This document shows positions 32,201 to 47,600 of a DNA stretch of 64,000 nucleotides, piece by piece (within the stretch, counting starts at the first letter, position 1; the number at the start of each line of letters is the position of its first letter). Source of the DNA: Eledone cirrhosa (lineage: Eukaryota); contig CAXHJY010000381.1 in the NCBI GenBank assembly GCA_964016885.1, forward strand, positions 1 to 64,000, written 5' to 3'. The notes beneath the pieces were generated by a model, which saw nothing but the letters and a program-made list of their open reading frames with translations, made no database searches and was not told where the DNA came from. Position numbers and translations under genes: made by a program.

Positions 32201-34850
32201 ACAGTCTATATTAGTAACATGACAAAGTCTATATTAGTAACATGACAAAGTCTATATTAGTAACATGACAAAGTCTATATTAGTAACATGACACAGTCTA
32301 TATTAGTAACATGACACAGTCTATATTAGTAGCATGACACAGTCCATATTAGTAACATGATACAGTCTATATTAGTAACATGACAAAGTCTATATTAGTA
32401 ACATGACAAAGTCTATATTAGTAAAATGACAAAGTCTATATTAGTAACATGACAAAGTCTTTATTAGTAACATGACACAGTCTATATTAGTAACATGACA
32501 CAGTCTATATTAGTAACATGACAAAGTCTATATTAGTAACATGACAAAGTCTATATTAGTAACATGACACAGTCTATATTAGTAACATGACACAGTCTAT
32601 ATTAGTAACATGACAAAGTCTATATTAGTAACATGACAAAATCTATATTAGTAACATGACAGTCTATATTAGTAACATGACACAGTCTATATTAGTAACA
32701 TGACACAGTCTATATTAGTAACATTAGACAGTCTATATTAGTAGCATGACAAAGTCTATATTAGTAACATGACACAGTCTACATTAGTAACATGACAAAG
32801 TCTATATTAGTAACATGACACAGTCTATATTAGTAACATGAGACAGTCTATATTAGTAACATGACAAAGTCTATATTAGTAACATGACAAAGTCTATATT
32901 AGTAAAATGACAAAGTCTATATTAGTAACATGACAAAGTCTTTATTAGTAACATGACACAGTCTATATTAGTAACATGACACAGTCTATATTAGTAACAT
33001 GACAAAGTCTATATTAGTAACATGACACAGTCTATATTAGTAACATGACACAGTCTATATTAGTAACATGACAAAGTCTATATTAGTAACATGACAAAGT
33101 CTATATTAGTAACATGACAAAGTCTATATTAGTAACATGACAAAGTCTATATTAGTAGCATGACAAAGTCTGTATTAGTAACATGACAAAGTCTATATTA
33201 GTAACATGACAAAGTCTATATTAGTAACATGACAAAGTCTATATTAGTAACATGACACAGTCTATATTAGTAACATGACAAGGTCTATATTAGTAGCATG
33301 ACAAAGTCTATATTAGTAACATGACAAAGTCTATATTAGTAACATAACAAAGTCTATATTAGTAACATGACAAAGTCTATATTAGTAACATGACAAAGTC
33401 TATATTAGTAAAATGACAAAGTCTATATTAGTAACATGACACAGTCTATATTAGTAACATGACAGTCTATATTAGTAACATGACAGTCTACATTAGTAAC
33501 ATGACACAGTCTATATTAGTAACATGACACAGTCTATATTAGTAACATGACACAGTCTATATTAGTAACATGACAGTCTATATTAGTAACATGACAGTCT
33601 ACATTAGTAACATGACACAGTCTATATTAGTAACATGACAAAGTCGATATTAGTAACATGACAATGTCTATATTAGTAACATGACAAAGTCTATATTAGT
33701 AAAATGACAAAGTCTATATTAGTAACATGACAAAGTCTTTATTAGTAACATGACACAGTCTATATTAGTAACATGACACAGTCTATATTAGTAACATGAC
33801 AAAGTCTATATTAGTAACATGACACAGTCTATATTAGTAACATGACACAGTCTATATTAGTAACATGACAAAGTCTATATTAGTATCATGACAAAGTCTA
33901 TATTAGTAACATGACAAAGTCTATATTAGTAACATGACAAAGTCTATATTAGTAGCATGACAAAGTCTGTATTAGTAACATGACAAGGTCAATATTAGTA
34001 ACATGACAAAGTCTATATTAGTAACATGACAAAGTCTATATTAGTAACATGACACAGTCTATATTAGTAACATGACAAAGTCTATATTAGTAGCATGACA
34101 AAGTCTATATTAGTAACATGACAAAGTCTATATTAGTAACATGACAAATTCTATATTAGTAACATGACAAAGTCTATATTAGTAACATGACAAAGCCTAT
34201 ATTAGTAACATGACAAAGTCTATATTAGTAACATGACACAGTCTATATTAGTAACATGACAGTCTATATTAGTAACATGACAGTCTACATTAGTAACATG
34301 ACACAGTCTATATTAGTAACATGACGAAGTCGATATTAGTAACATGACAATGTCTATATTAGTAACATGACAAAGTCTATATTAGTAACATGACACAGTC
34401 TATATTACTAACATGACACAGCCTATATTAGTAACATGACACAGTCTATATTAGTAACATGACAAAGTCTATATTAGTAACATGACAAAGTCTATATTAG
34501 TAACATGACAAAGTCTATATTAGTAAAATGACACAGTCTATATTAGTAACATGACACAGTCTATATTAGTAGCATGACACAGTCCATATTAGTAACATGA
34601 TACAGTCTATATTAGTAACATGACAAAGTCTATATTAGTAACATGACAAAGTCTATATTAGTAAAATGACAAAGTCTATATTAGTAACATGACAAAGTCT
34701 TTATTAGTAACATGACACAGTCTATATTAGTAACATGACACAATCTATATTAGTAACATGACAAAGTCTATATTAGTAACATGACAAAGTCTATATTAGT
34801 AACATGACACAGTCTATATTAGTAACATGACACAGTCTATATTAGTAACA
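21930..34850. repeat. Higher-order tandem duplication, period 6463 bp (about 21930-28390 and about 28390-34850)
   Basis: ATAAATC at 22061/28524 and 25051/31514; AGTAGATATGAC at 24219/30682; TATCATG at 27421/33884; ACAAATTC at 27681/34144. Confidence 0.88.
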
Positions 34851-37800
34851 TGACAAAGTCTATATTAGTAACATGACAAAATCTATATTAGTAACATGAC
34901 ACAGTCTATATTAGTAACATGACACAGTCTATATTAGTAACATGACACAGTCTATATTAGTAACATTAGACAGTCTATATTAGTAGCATGACAAAGTCTA
35001 TATTAGTAACATGACACAGTCTACATTAGTAACATGACAAAGTCTATATTAGTAACATGACACAGTCTATATTAGTAACATGAGACAGTCTATATTAGTA
35101 ACATGACAAAGTCTATATTAGTAACATGACAAAGTCTATATTAGTAACATGACAAAGTCTATATTAGTAAAATGACAAAGTCTATATTAGTAACATGACA
35201 AAGTCTTTATTAGTAACATGACACAGTCTATATTAGTAACATGACACAGTCTATATTAGTAACATGACAAAGTCTATATTAGTAACATGACACAGTCTAT
35301 ATTAGTAACATGACACAGTCTATATTAGTAACATGACAAAGTCTATATTAGTAACATGACAAAGTCTATATTAGTAACATGACAAAGTCTATATTAGTAA
35401 CATGACAAAGTCTATATTAGTAAAATGACACAGTCTATATTAGTAACATGACAAAGTCTATATTAGTAACATGACACAGTCTATATTAGTAACATGACAC
35501 AGTCTATATTAGTAGCATGACACAGTCTATATTAGTAACATGATACAGTCTATATTAGTAACATGACAAAGTCTATATTAGTAACATGACAAAGTCTATA
35601 TTAGTAACATGACAAAGTCTATATTAGTAACATGACACAGTCTATATTAGTAACATGACACAGTCTATATTAGTAACATGACAAAGTCTATATTAGTAAC
35701 ATGACACAGTCTATATTAGTAACATGACACAGTCTATATTAGTAGCATGACACAGTCTATATTAGTAACATGATACAGTCTATATTAGTAACATGACAAA
35801 GTCTATATTAGTAACATGACAAAGTCTATATTAGTAAAATGACAAAGTCTATATTAGTAACATGACAAAGTCTTTATTAGTAACATGACACAGTCTATAT
35901 TAGTAACATGACACAGTCTATATTAGTAACATGACAAAGTCTATATTAGTAACATGACAAAGTCTATATTAGTAACATGACACAGTCTATATTAGTAACA
36001 TCACACAGTCTATATTAGTAACATGACAAAGTCTATATTAGTAACATGACAAAGTCTATATTAGTAACATGACACAGTCTATATTAGTAACATGACACAG
36101 TCTATATTAGTAACATGACACAGTCTATATTAGTAACATGAGACAGTCTATATTAGTAGCATGACAAAGTCTATATTAGTAACATGACACAGTCTACATT
36201 AGTAACATGACAAAGTCTATATTAGTAACATGACACAGTCTATATTAGTAACATGAGACTGTCTATATTAGTAACATGACTAAGTCTATATTAGTAACAT
36301 GACACAGTCTATATTAGTAACATGACACAGTCTATATTAGTAACATGACAAAGTCTATATTAGTAACATGACAAAGTCTATATTAGTAACATGACAAAGT
36401 CTATATTAGTAACATGACACAGTCTATATTAGTAACATGACGAAGTCTATATTAGTAACATGACACAGTCTATATTAGTAACATGACACAGTCTATATTA
36501 GTAACATGACAAAGTCTATATTAGTAACATGACACAGTCTATATTAGTAAAATGACAAAGTCTATATTAGTAACATGACAAAGTCTTTATTACTAACATG
36601 ACACAGTCTATATTAGTAACATGACACAGTCTATATTAGTAACATGACAAAGTCTATATTAGTAACATGACACAGTCTATATTAGTAACATGACACAGTC
36701 TATATTAGTAACATGACAAAGTCTATATTAGTAACATGACAAAGTCTATATTAGTAACATGACAAAGTCTATATTAGTAACATGACAAAGTCTATATTAG
36801 TAGCATGACAAAGTCTGTATTAGTAACATGACAAGGTCAATATTAGTAACATGACAAAGTCTATATTAGTAACATGACAAAGTCTATATTAGTAACATGA
36901 CACAGTCTATATTAGTAACATGACAAAGTCTATATTAGTAGCATGACAAAGTCTATATTAGTAACATGACAAAGTCTATATTAGTAACATGACAAAGTCT
37001 ATATTAGTAACATGACAAAGTCTATATTAGTAACATGACAAAGTCTATATTAGTAACATGACAAAGTCTATATTAGTAACATGACACAGTCTATATTAGT
37101 AACATGACAGTCTATATTAGTAACATGACAGTCTACATTAGTAACATGACACAGTCTATATTAGTAACATGACAAAGTCGATATTAGTAACATGACAAGG
37201 TCTATATTAGTAACATGACAAAGTCTATATTAGTAACATGACACAGTCTATATTACTAACATGACACAGCCTATATTAGTAACATGACACAGTCTATATT
37301 AGTAACATGACAAAGTCTATATTAGTAACATGACAAAGTCTATATTAGTAACATGACAAAGTCTATATTAGTAACATGACACAGTCTATATTAGTAACAT
37401 GACACAGTCTATATTAGTAGCATGACACAGTCCATATTAGTAACATGATACAGTCTATATTAGTAACATGACAAAGTCTATATTAGTAACATGACAAAGT
37501 CTATATTAGTAAAATGACAAAGTCTATATTAGTAACATGACAAAGTCTTTATTAGTAACATGACAAAGTCTATATTAGTAACATGACACAGTCTATATTA
37601 GTAACATGACAAGGTCTATATTAGTAGCATGACAAAGTCTATATTAGTAACATGACAAAGTCTATATTAGTAACATAACAAAGTCTATATTAGTAACATG
37701 ACAAAGTCTATATTAGTAACATGACAAAGTCTATATTAGTAACATGACAAAGTCTATATTAGTAACATGACACAGTCTATATTAGTAACATGACAGTCTA

Positions 37801-40800
37801 TATTAGTAACATGACAGTCTACATTAGTAACATGACACAGTCTATATTAGTAACATGACACAGTCTATATTAGTAACATGACACAGTCTATATTAGTAAC
37901 ATGACAGTCTATATTAGTAACATGACAGTCTACATTAGTAACATGACACAGTCTATATTAGTAACATGACAAAGTCGATATTAGTAACATGACAATGTCT
38001 ATATTAGTAACATGACAAAGTCTATATTAGTAAAATGACAAAGTCTATATTAGTAACATGACAAAGTCTTTATTAGTAACATGACACAGTCTATATTAGT
38101 AACATGACACAGTCTATATTAGTAACATGACAAAGTCTATATTAGTAACATGACACAGTCTATATTAGTAACATGACACAGTCTATATTAGTAACATGAC
38201 AAAGTCTATATTAGTATCATGACAAAGTCTATATTAGTAACATGACAAAGTCTATATTAGTAACATGACAAAGTCTATATTAGTAGCATGACAAAGTCTG
38301 TATTAGTAACATGACAAGGTCAATATTAGTAACATGACAAAGTCTATATTAGTAACATGACAAAGTCTATATTAGTAACATGACACAGTCTATATTAGTA
38401 ACATGACAAAGTCTATATTAGTAGCATGACAAAGTCTATATTAGTAACATGACAAAGTCTATATTAGTAACATGACAAAGTCTATATTAGTAACATGACA
38501 AAGTCTATATTAGTAACATGACAAAGTCTATATTAGTAACATGACAAAGTCTATATTAGTAACATGACACAGTCTATATTAGTAACATGACAGTCTATAT
38601 TAGTAACATGACAGTCTACATTAGTAACATGACACAGTCTATATTAGTAACATGACGAAGTCGATATTAGTAACATGACAATGTCTATATTAGTAACATG
38701 ACAAAGTCTATATTAGTAACATGACACAGTCTATATTACTAACATGACACAGCCTATATTAGTAACATGACACAGTCTATATTAGTAACATGACAAAGTC
38801 TATATTAGTAACATGACAAAGTCTATATTAGTAACATGACAAAGTCTATATTAGTAAAATGACACAGTCTATATTAGTAACATGACACAGTCTATATTAG
38901 TAGCATGACACAGTCCATATTAGTAACATGATACAGTCTATATTAGTAACATGACAAAGTCTATATTAGTAACATGACAAAGTCTATATTAGTAAAATGA
39001 CAAAGTCTATATTAGTAACATGACAAAGTCTTTATTAGTAACATGACACAGTCTATATTAGTAACATGACACAGTCTATATTAGTAACATGACAAAGTCT
39101 ATATTAGTAACATGACAAAGTCTATATTAGTAACATGACACAGTCTATATTAGTAACATGACACAGTCTATATTAGTAACATGACAAAGTCTATATTAGT
39201 AACATGACAAAATCTATATTAGTAACATGACACAGTCTATATTAGTAACATGACACAGTCTATATTAGTAACATGACACAGTCTATATTAGTAACATTAG
39301 ACAGTCTATATTAGTAGCATGACAAAGTCTATATTAGTAACATGACACAGTCTACATTAGTAACATGACAAAGTCTATATTAGTAACATGACACAGTCTA
39401 TATTAGTAACATGAGACAGTCTATATTAGTAACATGACAAAGTCTATATTAGTAACATGACAAAGTCTATATTAGTAACATGACAAAGTCTATATTAGTA
39501 AAATGACAAAGTCTATATTAGTAACATGACAAAGTCTTTATTAGTAACATGACACAGTCTATATTAGTAACATGACACAGTCTATATTAGTAACATGACA
39601 AAGTCTATATTAGTAACATGACACAGTCTATATTAGTAACATGACACAGTCTATATTAGTAACATGACAAAGTCTATATTAGTAACATGACAAAGTCTAT
39701 ATTAGTAACATGACAAAGTCTATATTAGTAACATGACAAAGTCTATATTAGTAAAATGACACAGTCTATATTAGTAACATGACAAAGTCTATATTAGTAA
39801 CATGACACAGTCTATATTAGTAACATGACACAGTCTATATTAGTAGCATGACACAGTCTATATTAGTAACATGATACAATCTATATTAGTAACATGACAA
39901 AGTCTATATTAGTAACATGACAAAGTCTATATTAGTAACATGACAAAGTCTATATTAGTAACATGACACAGTCTATATTAGTAACATGACACAGTCTATA
40001 TTAGTAACATGACAAAGTCTATATTAGTAACATGACACAGTCTATATTAGTAACATGACACAGTCTATATTAGTAGCATGACACAGTCTATATTAGTAAC
40101 ATGATACAGTCTATATTAGTAACATGACAAAGTCTATATTAGTAACATGACAAAGTCTATATTAGTAAAATGACAAAGTCTATATTAGTAACATGACAAA
40201 GTCTTTATTAGTAACATGACACAGTCTATATTAGTAACATGACACAGTCTATATTAGTAACATGACAAAGTCTATATTAGTAACATGACAAAGTCTATAT
40301 TAGTAACATGACAGAGTCTATATTAGTAACATCACACAGTCTATATTAGTAACATGACAAAGTCTATATTAGTAACATGACAAAGTCTATATTAGTAACA
40401 TGACACAGTCTATATTAGTAACATGACACAGTCTATATTAGTAACATGACACAGTCTATATTAGTAACATGAGACAGTCTATATTAGTAGCATGACAAAG
40501 TCTATATTAGTAACATGACACAGTCTACATTAGTAACATGACAAAGTCTATATTAGTAACATGACACAGTCTATATTAGTAACATGAGACTGTCTATATT
40601 AGTAACATGACTAAGTCTATATTAGTAACATGACACAGTCTATATTAGTAACATGACACAGTCTATATTAGTAACATGACAAAGTCTATATTAGTAACAT
40701 GACAAAGTTTATATTAGTAACATGACAAAGTCTATATTAGTAACATGACACAGTCTATATTAGTAACATGACGAAGTCTATATTAGTAACATGACACAGT

Positions 40801-41640
40801 CTATATTAGTAACATGACACAGTCTATATTAGTAACATGACAAAGTCTATATTAGTAACATGACACAGTCTATATTAGTAAAATGACAAAGTCTATATTA
40901 GTAACATGACAAAGTCTTTATTACTAACATGACACAGTCTATATTAGTAACATGACACAGTCTATATTAGTAACATGACAAAGTCTATATTAGTAACATG
41001 ACACAGTCTATATTAGTAACATGACACAGTCTATATTAGTAACATGACAAAGTCTATATTAGTAACATGACAAAGTCTATATTAGTAACATGACAAAGTC
41101 TATATTAGTAACATGACAAAGTCTATATTAGTAGCATGACAAAGTCTGTATTAGTAACATGACAAGGTCAATATTAGTAACATGACAAAGTCTATATTAG
41201 TAACATGACAAAGTCTATATTAGTAACATGACACAGTCTATATTAGTAACATGACAAAGTCTATATTAGTAGCATGACAAAGTCTATATTAGTAACATGA
41301 CAAAGTCTATATTAGTAACATGACAAAGTCTATATTAGTAACATGACAAAGTCTATATTAGTAACATGACAAAGTCTATATTAGTAACATGACAAAGTCT
41401 ATATTAGTAACATGACACAGTCTATATTAGTAACATGACAGTCTATATTAGTAACATGACAGTCTACATTAGTAACATGACACAGTCTATATTAGTAACA
41501 TGACAAAGTCGATATTAGTAACATGACAATGTCTATATTAGTAACATGACAAAGTCTATATTAGTAACATGACACAGTCTATATTACTAACATGACACAG
41601 CCTATATTAGTAACATGACACAGTCTATATTAGTAACATG
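33250..41640. repeat. Higher-order tandem duplication, period 4331 bp
   Basis: TATCATG at 33884/38215; AAGGTCAAT at 33985/38316 and 36833/41164; TAAGTC at 36281/40612. Confidence 0.85.
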
Positions 41641-44600
41641 ACAAAGTCTATATTAGTAACATGACACAGTCTATATTAGTAACATGACACAGTCTATATT
41701 AGTAGCATGACACAGTCTATATTAGTAACATGATACAGTCTATATTAGTAACATGACAAAGTCTATATTAGTAACATGACAAAGTCTATATTAGTAACAT
41801 GACAAAGTCTATATTAGTAACATGACACAGTCTATATTAGTAACATGACACAGTCTATATTAGTAACATGACAAAGTCTATATTAGTAACATGACACAGT
41901 CTATATTAGTAACATGACACAGTATATATTAGTAGCATGACAAAGTCTTTATTAGTAACATGACACAGTCTATATTAGTAACATGACACAGTCTATATTA
42001 GTAACATGACAAAGTCTATATTAGTAACATGACAAAGTCTATATTAGTAACATGACACAGTCTATATTAGTAACATGACACAGTCTATATTAGTAACATG
42101 ACAAAGTCTATATTAGTAACATGACAAAATCTATATTAGTAACATGACACAGTCTATATTAGTAACATGACACAGTCTATATTAGTAACATGACACAGTC
42201 TATATTAGTAACATTAGACAGTCTATATTAGTAGCATGACAAAGTCTATATTAGTAACATGACACAGTCTACATTAGTAACATGACAAAGTCTATATTAG
42301 TAACATGACACAGTCTATATTAGTAACATGAGACAGTCTATATTAGTAACATGACAAAGTCTATATTAGTAACATGACACAGTCTATATTAGTAACATGA
42401 CAAGGTCTATATTAGTAGCATGACAAAGTCTATATTAGTAACATGACAAAGTCTATATTAGTAACATAACAAAGTCTATATTAGTAACATGACAAAGTCT
42501 ATATTAGTAACATGACAAAGTCTATATTAGTAACATGACAAAGTCTATATTAGTAACATGACACAGTCTATATTAGTAACATGACAGTCTATATTAGTAA
42601 CATGACAGTCTACATTAGTAACATGACACAGTCTATATTAGTAACATGACACAGTCTATATTAGTAATATGACACAGTCTATATTAGTAACATGACAGTC
42701 TATATTAGTAACATGACAGTCTACATTAGTAACATGACACAGTCTATATTAGTAACATGACAAAGTCGATATTAGTAACATGACAATGTCTATATTAGTA
42801 ACATGACAAAGTCTATATTAGTAACATGACACAGTCTATATTACTAACATGAGACAGCCTATATTAGTAACATGACACAGTCTATATTAGTAACATAACA
42901 AAGTCTATATTAGTAACATGACAAAGTCTATATTAGTAACATGACAAAGTCTATATCAGTAACATGACACAGTCTATATTAGTAACATGACACAGTCTAT
43001 ATTAGTAGCATGACACAGTCCATATTAGTAACATGATACAGTCTATATTAGTAACATGACAAAGTCTATATTAGTAACATGACAAAGTCTATATTAGTAA
43101 AATGACAAAGTCTATATTAGTAACATGACAAAGTGTTTATTAGTAACATGACACAGTCTATATTAGTAACATGACAAAGTCTATATTAGTAACATGACAA
43201 AGTCTATATTAGTAACATGACAAAGTCTATATTAGTAACATGACACAGTCTATATTAGTAACATGACAGTCTATATTAGTAACATGACAGTCTACATTAG
43301 TAACATGACACAGTCTATATTAGTAACATGACACAGTCTATATTAGTAACATGACAGTCTATATTAGTAACATGACAGTCTATATTAGTAACATGACAGT
43401 CTACATTAGTAACATGACACAGTCTATATTAGTAACATGACAAAGTCGATATTAGTAACATGACAATGTCTATATTAGTAACATGACAAAGTCTATATTA
43501 GTAAAATGACAAAGTCTATATTAGTAACATGACAAAGTCTTTATTAGTAACATGACACAGTCTATATTAGTAACATGACACAGTCTATATTAGTAACATG
43601 ACAAAGTCTATATTAGTAACATGACACAGTCTATATTAGTAACATGACACAGTCTATATTAGTAACATGACAAAGTCTATATTAGTAACATGACAAAGTC
43701 TATATTAGTAACATGACAAAGTCTATATTAGTAACATGACAAAGTCTATATTAGTAGCATGACAAAGTCTGTATTAGTAACATGACAAGGTCAATATTAG
43801 TAACATGACAAAGTCTATATTAGTAACATGACAAAGTCTATATTAGTAACATGACACAGTCTATATTAGTAACATGACAAAGTCTATATTAGTAGCATGA
43901 CAAAGTCTATATTAGTAACATGACAAAGTCTATATTAGTAACATGACAAAGTCTATATTAGTAACATGACAAAGTCTATATTAGTAACATGACAAAGTCT
44001 ATATTAGTAACATGACAAAGTCTATATTAGTAACATGACACAGTCTATATTAGTAACATGACAGTCTATATTAGTAACATGACAGTCTACATTAGTAACA
44101 TGACACAGTCTATATTAGTAACATGACGAAGTCGATATTAGTAACATGACAATGTCTATATTAGTAACATGACACAGTCTATATTAGTAACATGACAAAG
44201 TCTATATTACTAACATGACAAAGTCTATATTAGTAACATGACAAAGTCTATATTAGTAAAATGACACAGTCTATATTAGTAACATGACACAGTCTATATT
44301 AGTAGCATGACACAGTCCATATTAGTAACATGATACAGTCTATATTAGTAACATGACAAAGTCTATATTAGTAACATGACAAAGTCTATATTAGTAAAAT
44401 GACAAAGTCTATATTAGTAACATGACAAAGTCTTTATTAGTAACATGGCACAGTCTATATTAGTAACATGACACAGTCTATATTAGTAACATGACAAAGT
44501 CTATATTAGTAACATGACAAAGTCTATATTAGTAACATGACACAGTCTATATTAGTAACATGACACAGTCTATATTAGTAACATGACAAAGTCTATATTA

Positions 44601-47600
44601 GTAACATGACAAAATCTATATTAGTAACATGACACAGTCTATATTAGTAACATGACACAGTCTATATTAGTAACATGACACAGTCTATATTAGTAACATT
44701 AGACAGTCTATATTAGTAGCATGACAAAGTCTATATTAGTAACATGACACAGTCTACATTAGTAACATGACAAAGTCTATATTAGTAACATGACACAGTC
44801 TATATTAGTAACATGAGACAGTCTATATTAGTAACATGACAAAGTCTATATTAGTAACATGACACAGTCTATATTAGTAACATGACAAAGTCTATATTAG
44901 TAAAATGACAAAGTCTATATTAGTAACATGACAAAGTCTTTATTAGTAACATGACACAGTCTATATTAGTAACATGACACAGTCTATATTAGTAACATGA
45001 CAAAGTCTATATTAGTAACATGACACAGTCTATATTAGTAACATGACACAGTCTATATTAGTAACATGACAAAGTCTATATTAGTAACATGACAAAGTCT
45101 ATATTAGTAACATGACAAAGTCTATATTAGTAACATGACAAAGTCTATATTAGTAAAATGACACAGTCTATATTAGTAACATGACAAAGTCTATATTAGT
45201 AACATGACACAGTCTATATTAGTAACATGACACAGTCTATATTAGTAGCATGACACAGTCTATATTAGTAACATGATACAGTCTATATTAGTAACATGAC
45301 AAAGTCTATATTAGTAACATGACAAAGTCTATATTAGTAACATGACAAAGTCTATATTAGTAACATGACACAGTCTATATTAGTAACATGACACAGTCTA
45401 TATTAGTAACATGACAAAGTCTATATTAGTAACATGACACAGTCTATATTAGTAACATGACACAGTCTATATTAGTAGCATGACACAGTCTATATTAGTA
45501 ACATGATACAGTCTATATTAGTAACATGACAAAGTCTATATTAGTAACATGACAAAGTCTATATTAGTAAAATGACAAAGTCTATATTAGTAACATGACA
45601 AAGTCTTTATTAGTAACATGACACAGTCTATATTAGTAACATGACACAGTCTATATTAGTAACATGACAAAGTCTATATTAGTAACATGACAAAGTCTAT
45701 ATTAGTAACATGACACAGTCTATATTAGTAACATCACACAGTCTATATTAGTAACATGACAAAGTCTATATTAGTAACATGACACAGTCTATATTAGTAA
45801 CATGACACAGTCTATATTAGTAACATGACACAGTCTATATTAGTAACATGACACAGTCTATATTAGTAACATGAGACAGTCCATATTAGTAGCATGACAA
45901 AGTCTATATTAGTAACATGACACAGTCTACATTAGTAACATGACAAAGTCTATATTAGTAACATGACACAGTCTATATTAGTAACATGAGACAGTCTATA
46001 TTAGTAACATGACTAAGTCTATATTAGTAACATGACACAGTCTATATTAGTAACATGACACAGTCTATATTAGTAACATGACAAAGTCTATATTAGTAAC
46101 ATGACAAAGTCTATATTAGTAACATGACAAAGTCTATATTAGTAACATGACACAGTCTATATTAGTAACATGACGAAGTCTATATTAGTAACATGACACA
46201 GTCTATATTAGTAACATGACACAGTCTATATTAGTAACATGACAAAGTCTATATTAGTAACATGACACAGTCTATATTAGTAAAATGACAAAGTCTATAT
46301 TAGTAACATGACAAAGTCTTTATTACTAACATGACACAGTCTATATTAGTAACATGACACAGTCTATATTAGTAACATGACAAAGTCTATATTAGTAACA
46401 TGACACAGTCTATATTAGTAACATGACACAGTCTATATTAGTAACATGACAAAGTCTATATTAGTAACATGACACAGTCTATATTAGTAACATGACAAAG
46501 TCTATATTAGTAGCATGACAAAGTCTATATTAGTAACATGACAAAGTCTATATTAGTAACATGACAAAGTCTATATTAGTAACATGACAAAGTCTATATT
46601 AGTAACATGACAAAGTCTATATTAGTAACATGACAAAGTCTATATTAGTAACATGACACAGTCTATATTAGTAACATGACAGTCTATATTAGTAACATGA
46701 CAGTCTACATTAGTAACATGACACAGTCTATATTAGTAACATGACAAAGTCGATATTAGTAACATGAAAATGTCTATATTAGTAACATGACAAAGTCTAT
46801 ATTAGTAACATGACACAGTCTATATTACTAACATGACACAGCCTATATTAGTAACATGACACAGTCTATATTAGTAACATGACAAAGTCTATATTAGTAA
46901 CATGACAAAGTCTATATTAGTAACATGACAAAGTCTATATTAGTAACATGACACAGTCTATATTAGTAACATGACACAGTCTATATTAGTAGCATGACAC
47001 AGTCCATATTAGTAACATGATACAGTCTATATTAGTAACATGACAAAGTCTATATTAGTAACATGACAAAGTCTATATTAGTAAAATGACAAAGTCTATA
47101 TTAGTAACATGACAAAGTCTTTATTAGTAACATGACACAGTCTATATTAGTAACATGACACAGTCTATATTAGTAACATGACAAAGTCTATATTAGTAAC
47201 ATGACAAAGTCTATATTAGTAACATGACACAGTCTATATTAGTAACATGACACAGTCTATATTAGTAACATGACAAAGTCTATATTAGTAACATGACAAA
47301 ATCTATATTAGTAACATGACACAGTCTACATTAGTAACATGACAAAGTCTATATTAGTAACATGACACAGTCTATATTAGTAACATGAGACAGTCTATAT
47401 TAGTAACATGACAAAGTCTATATTAGTAACATGACAAAGTCTATATTAGTAAAATGACAAAGTCTATATTAGTAACATGACAAAGTCTTTATTAGTAACA
47501 TGACACAGTCTATATTAGTAACATGACACAGTCTATATTAGTAACATGACAAAGTCTATATTAGTAACATGACACAGTCTATATTAGTAACATGACACAG

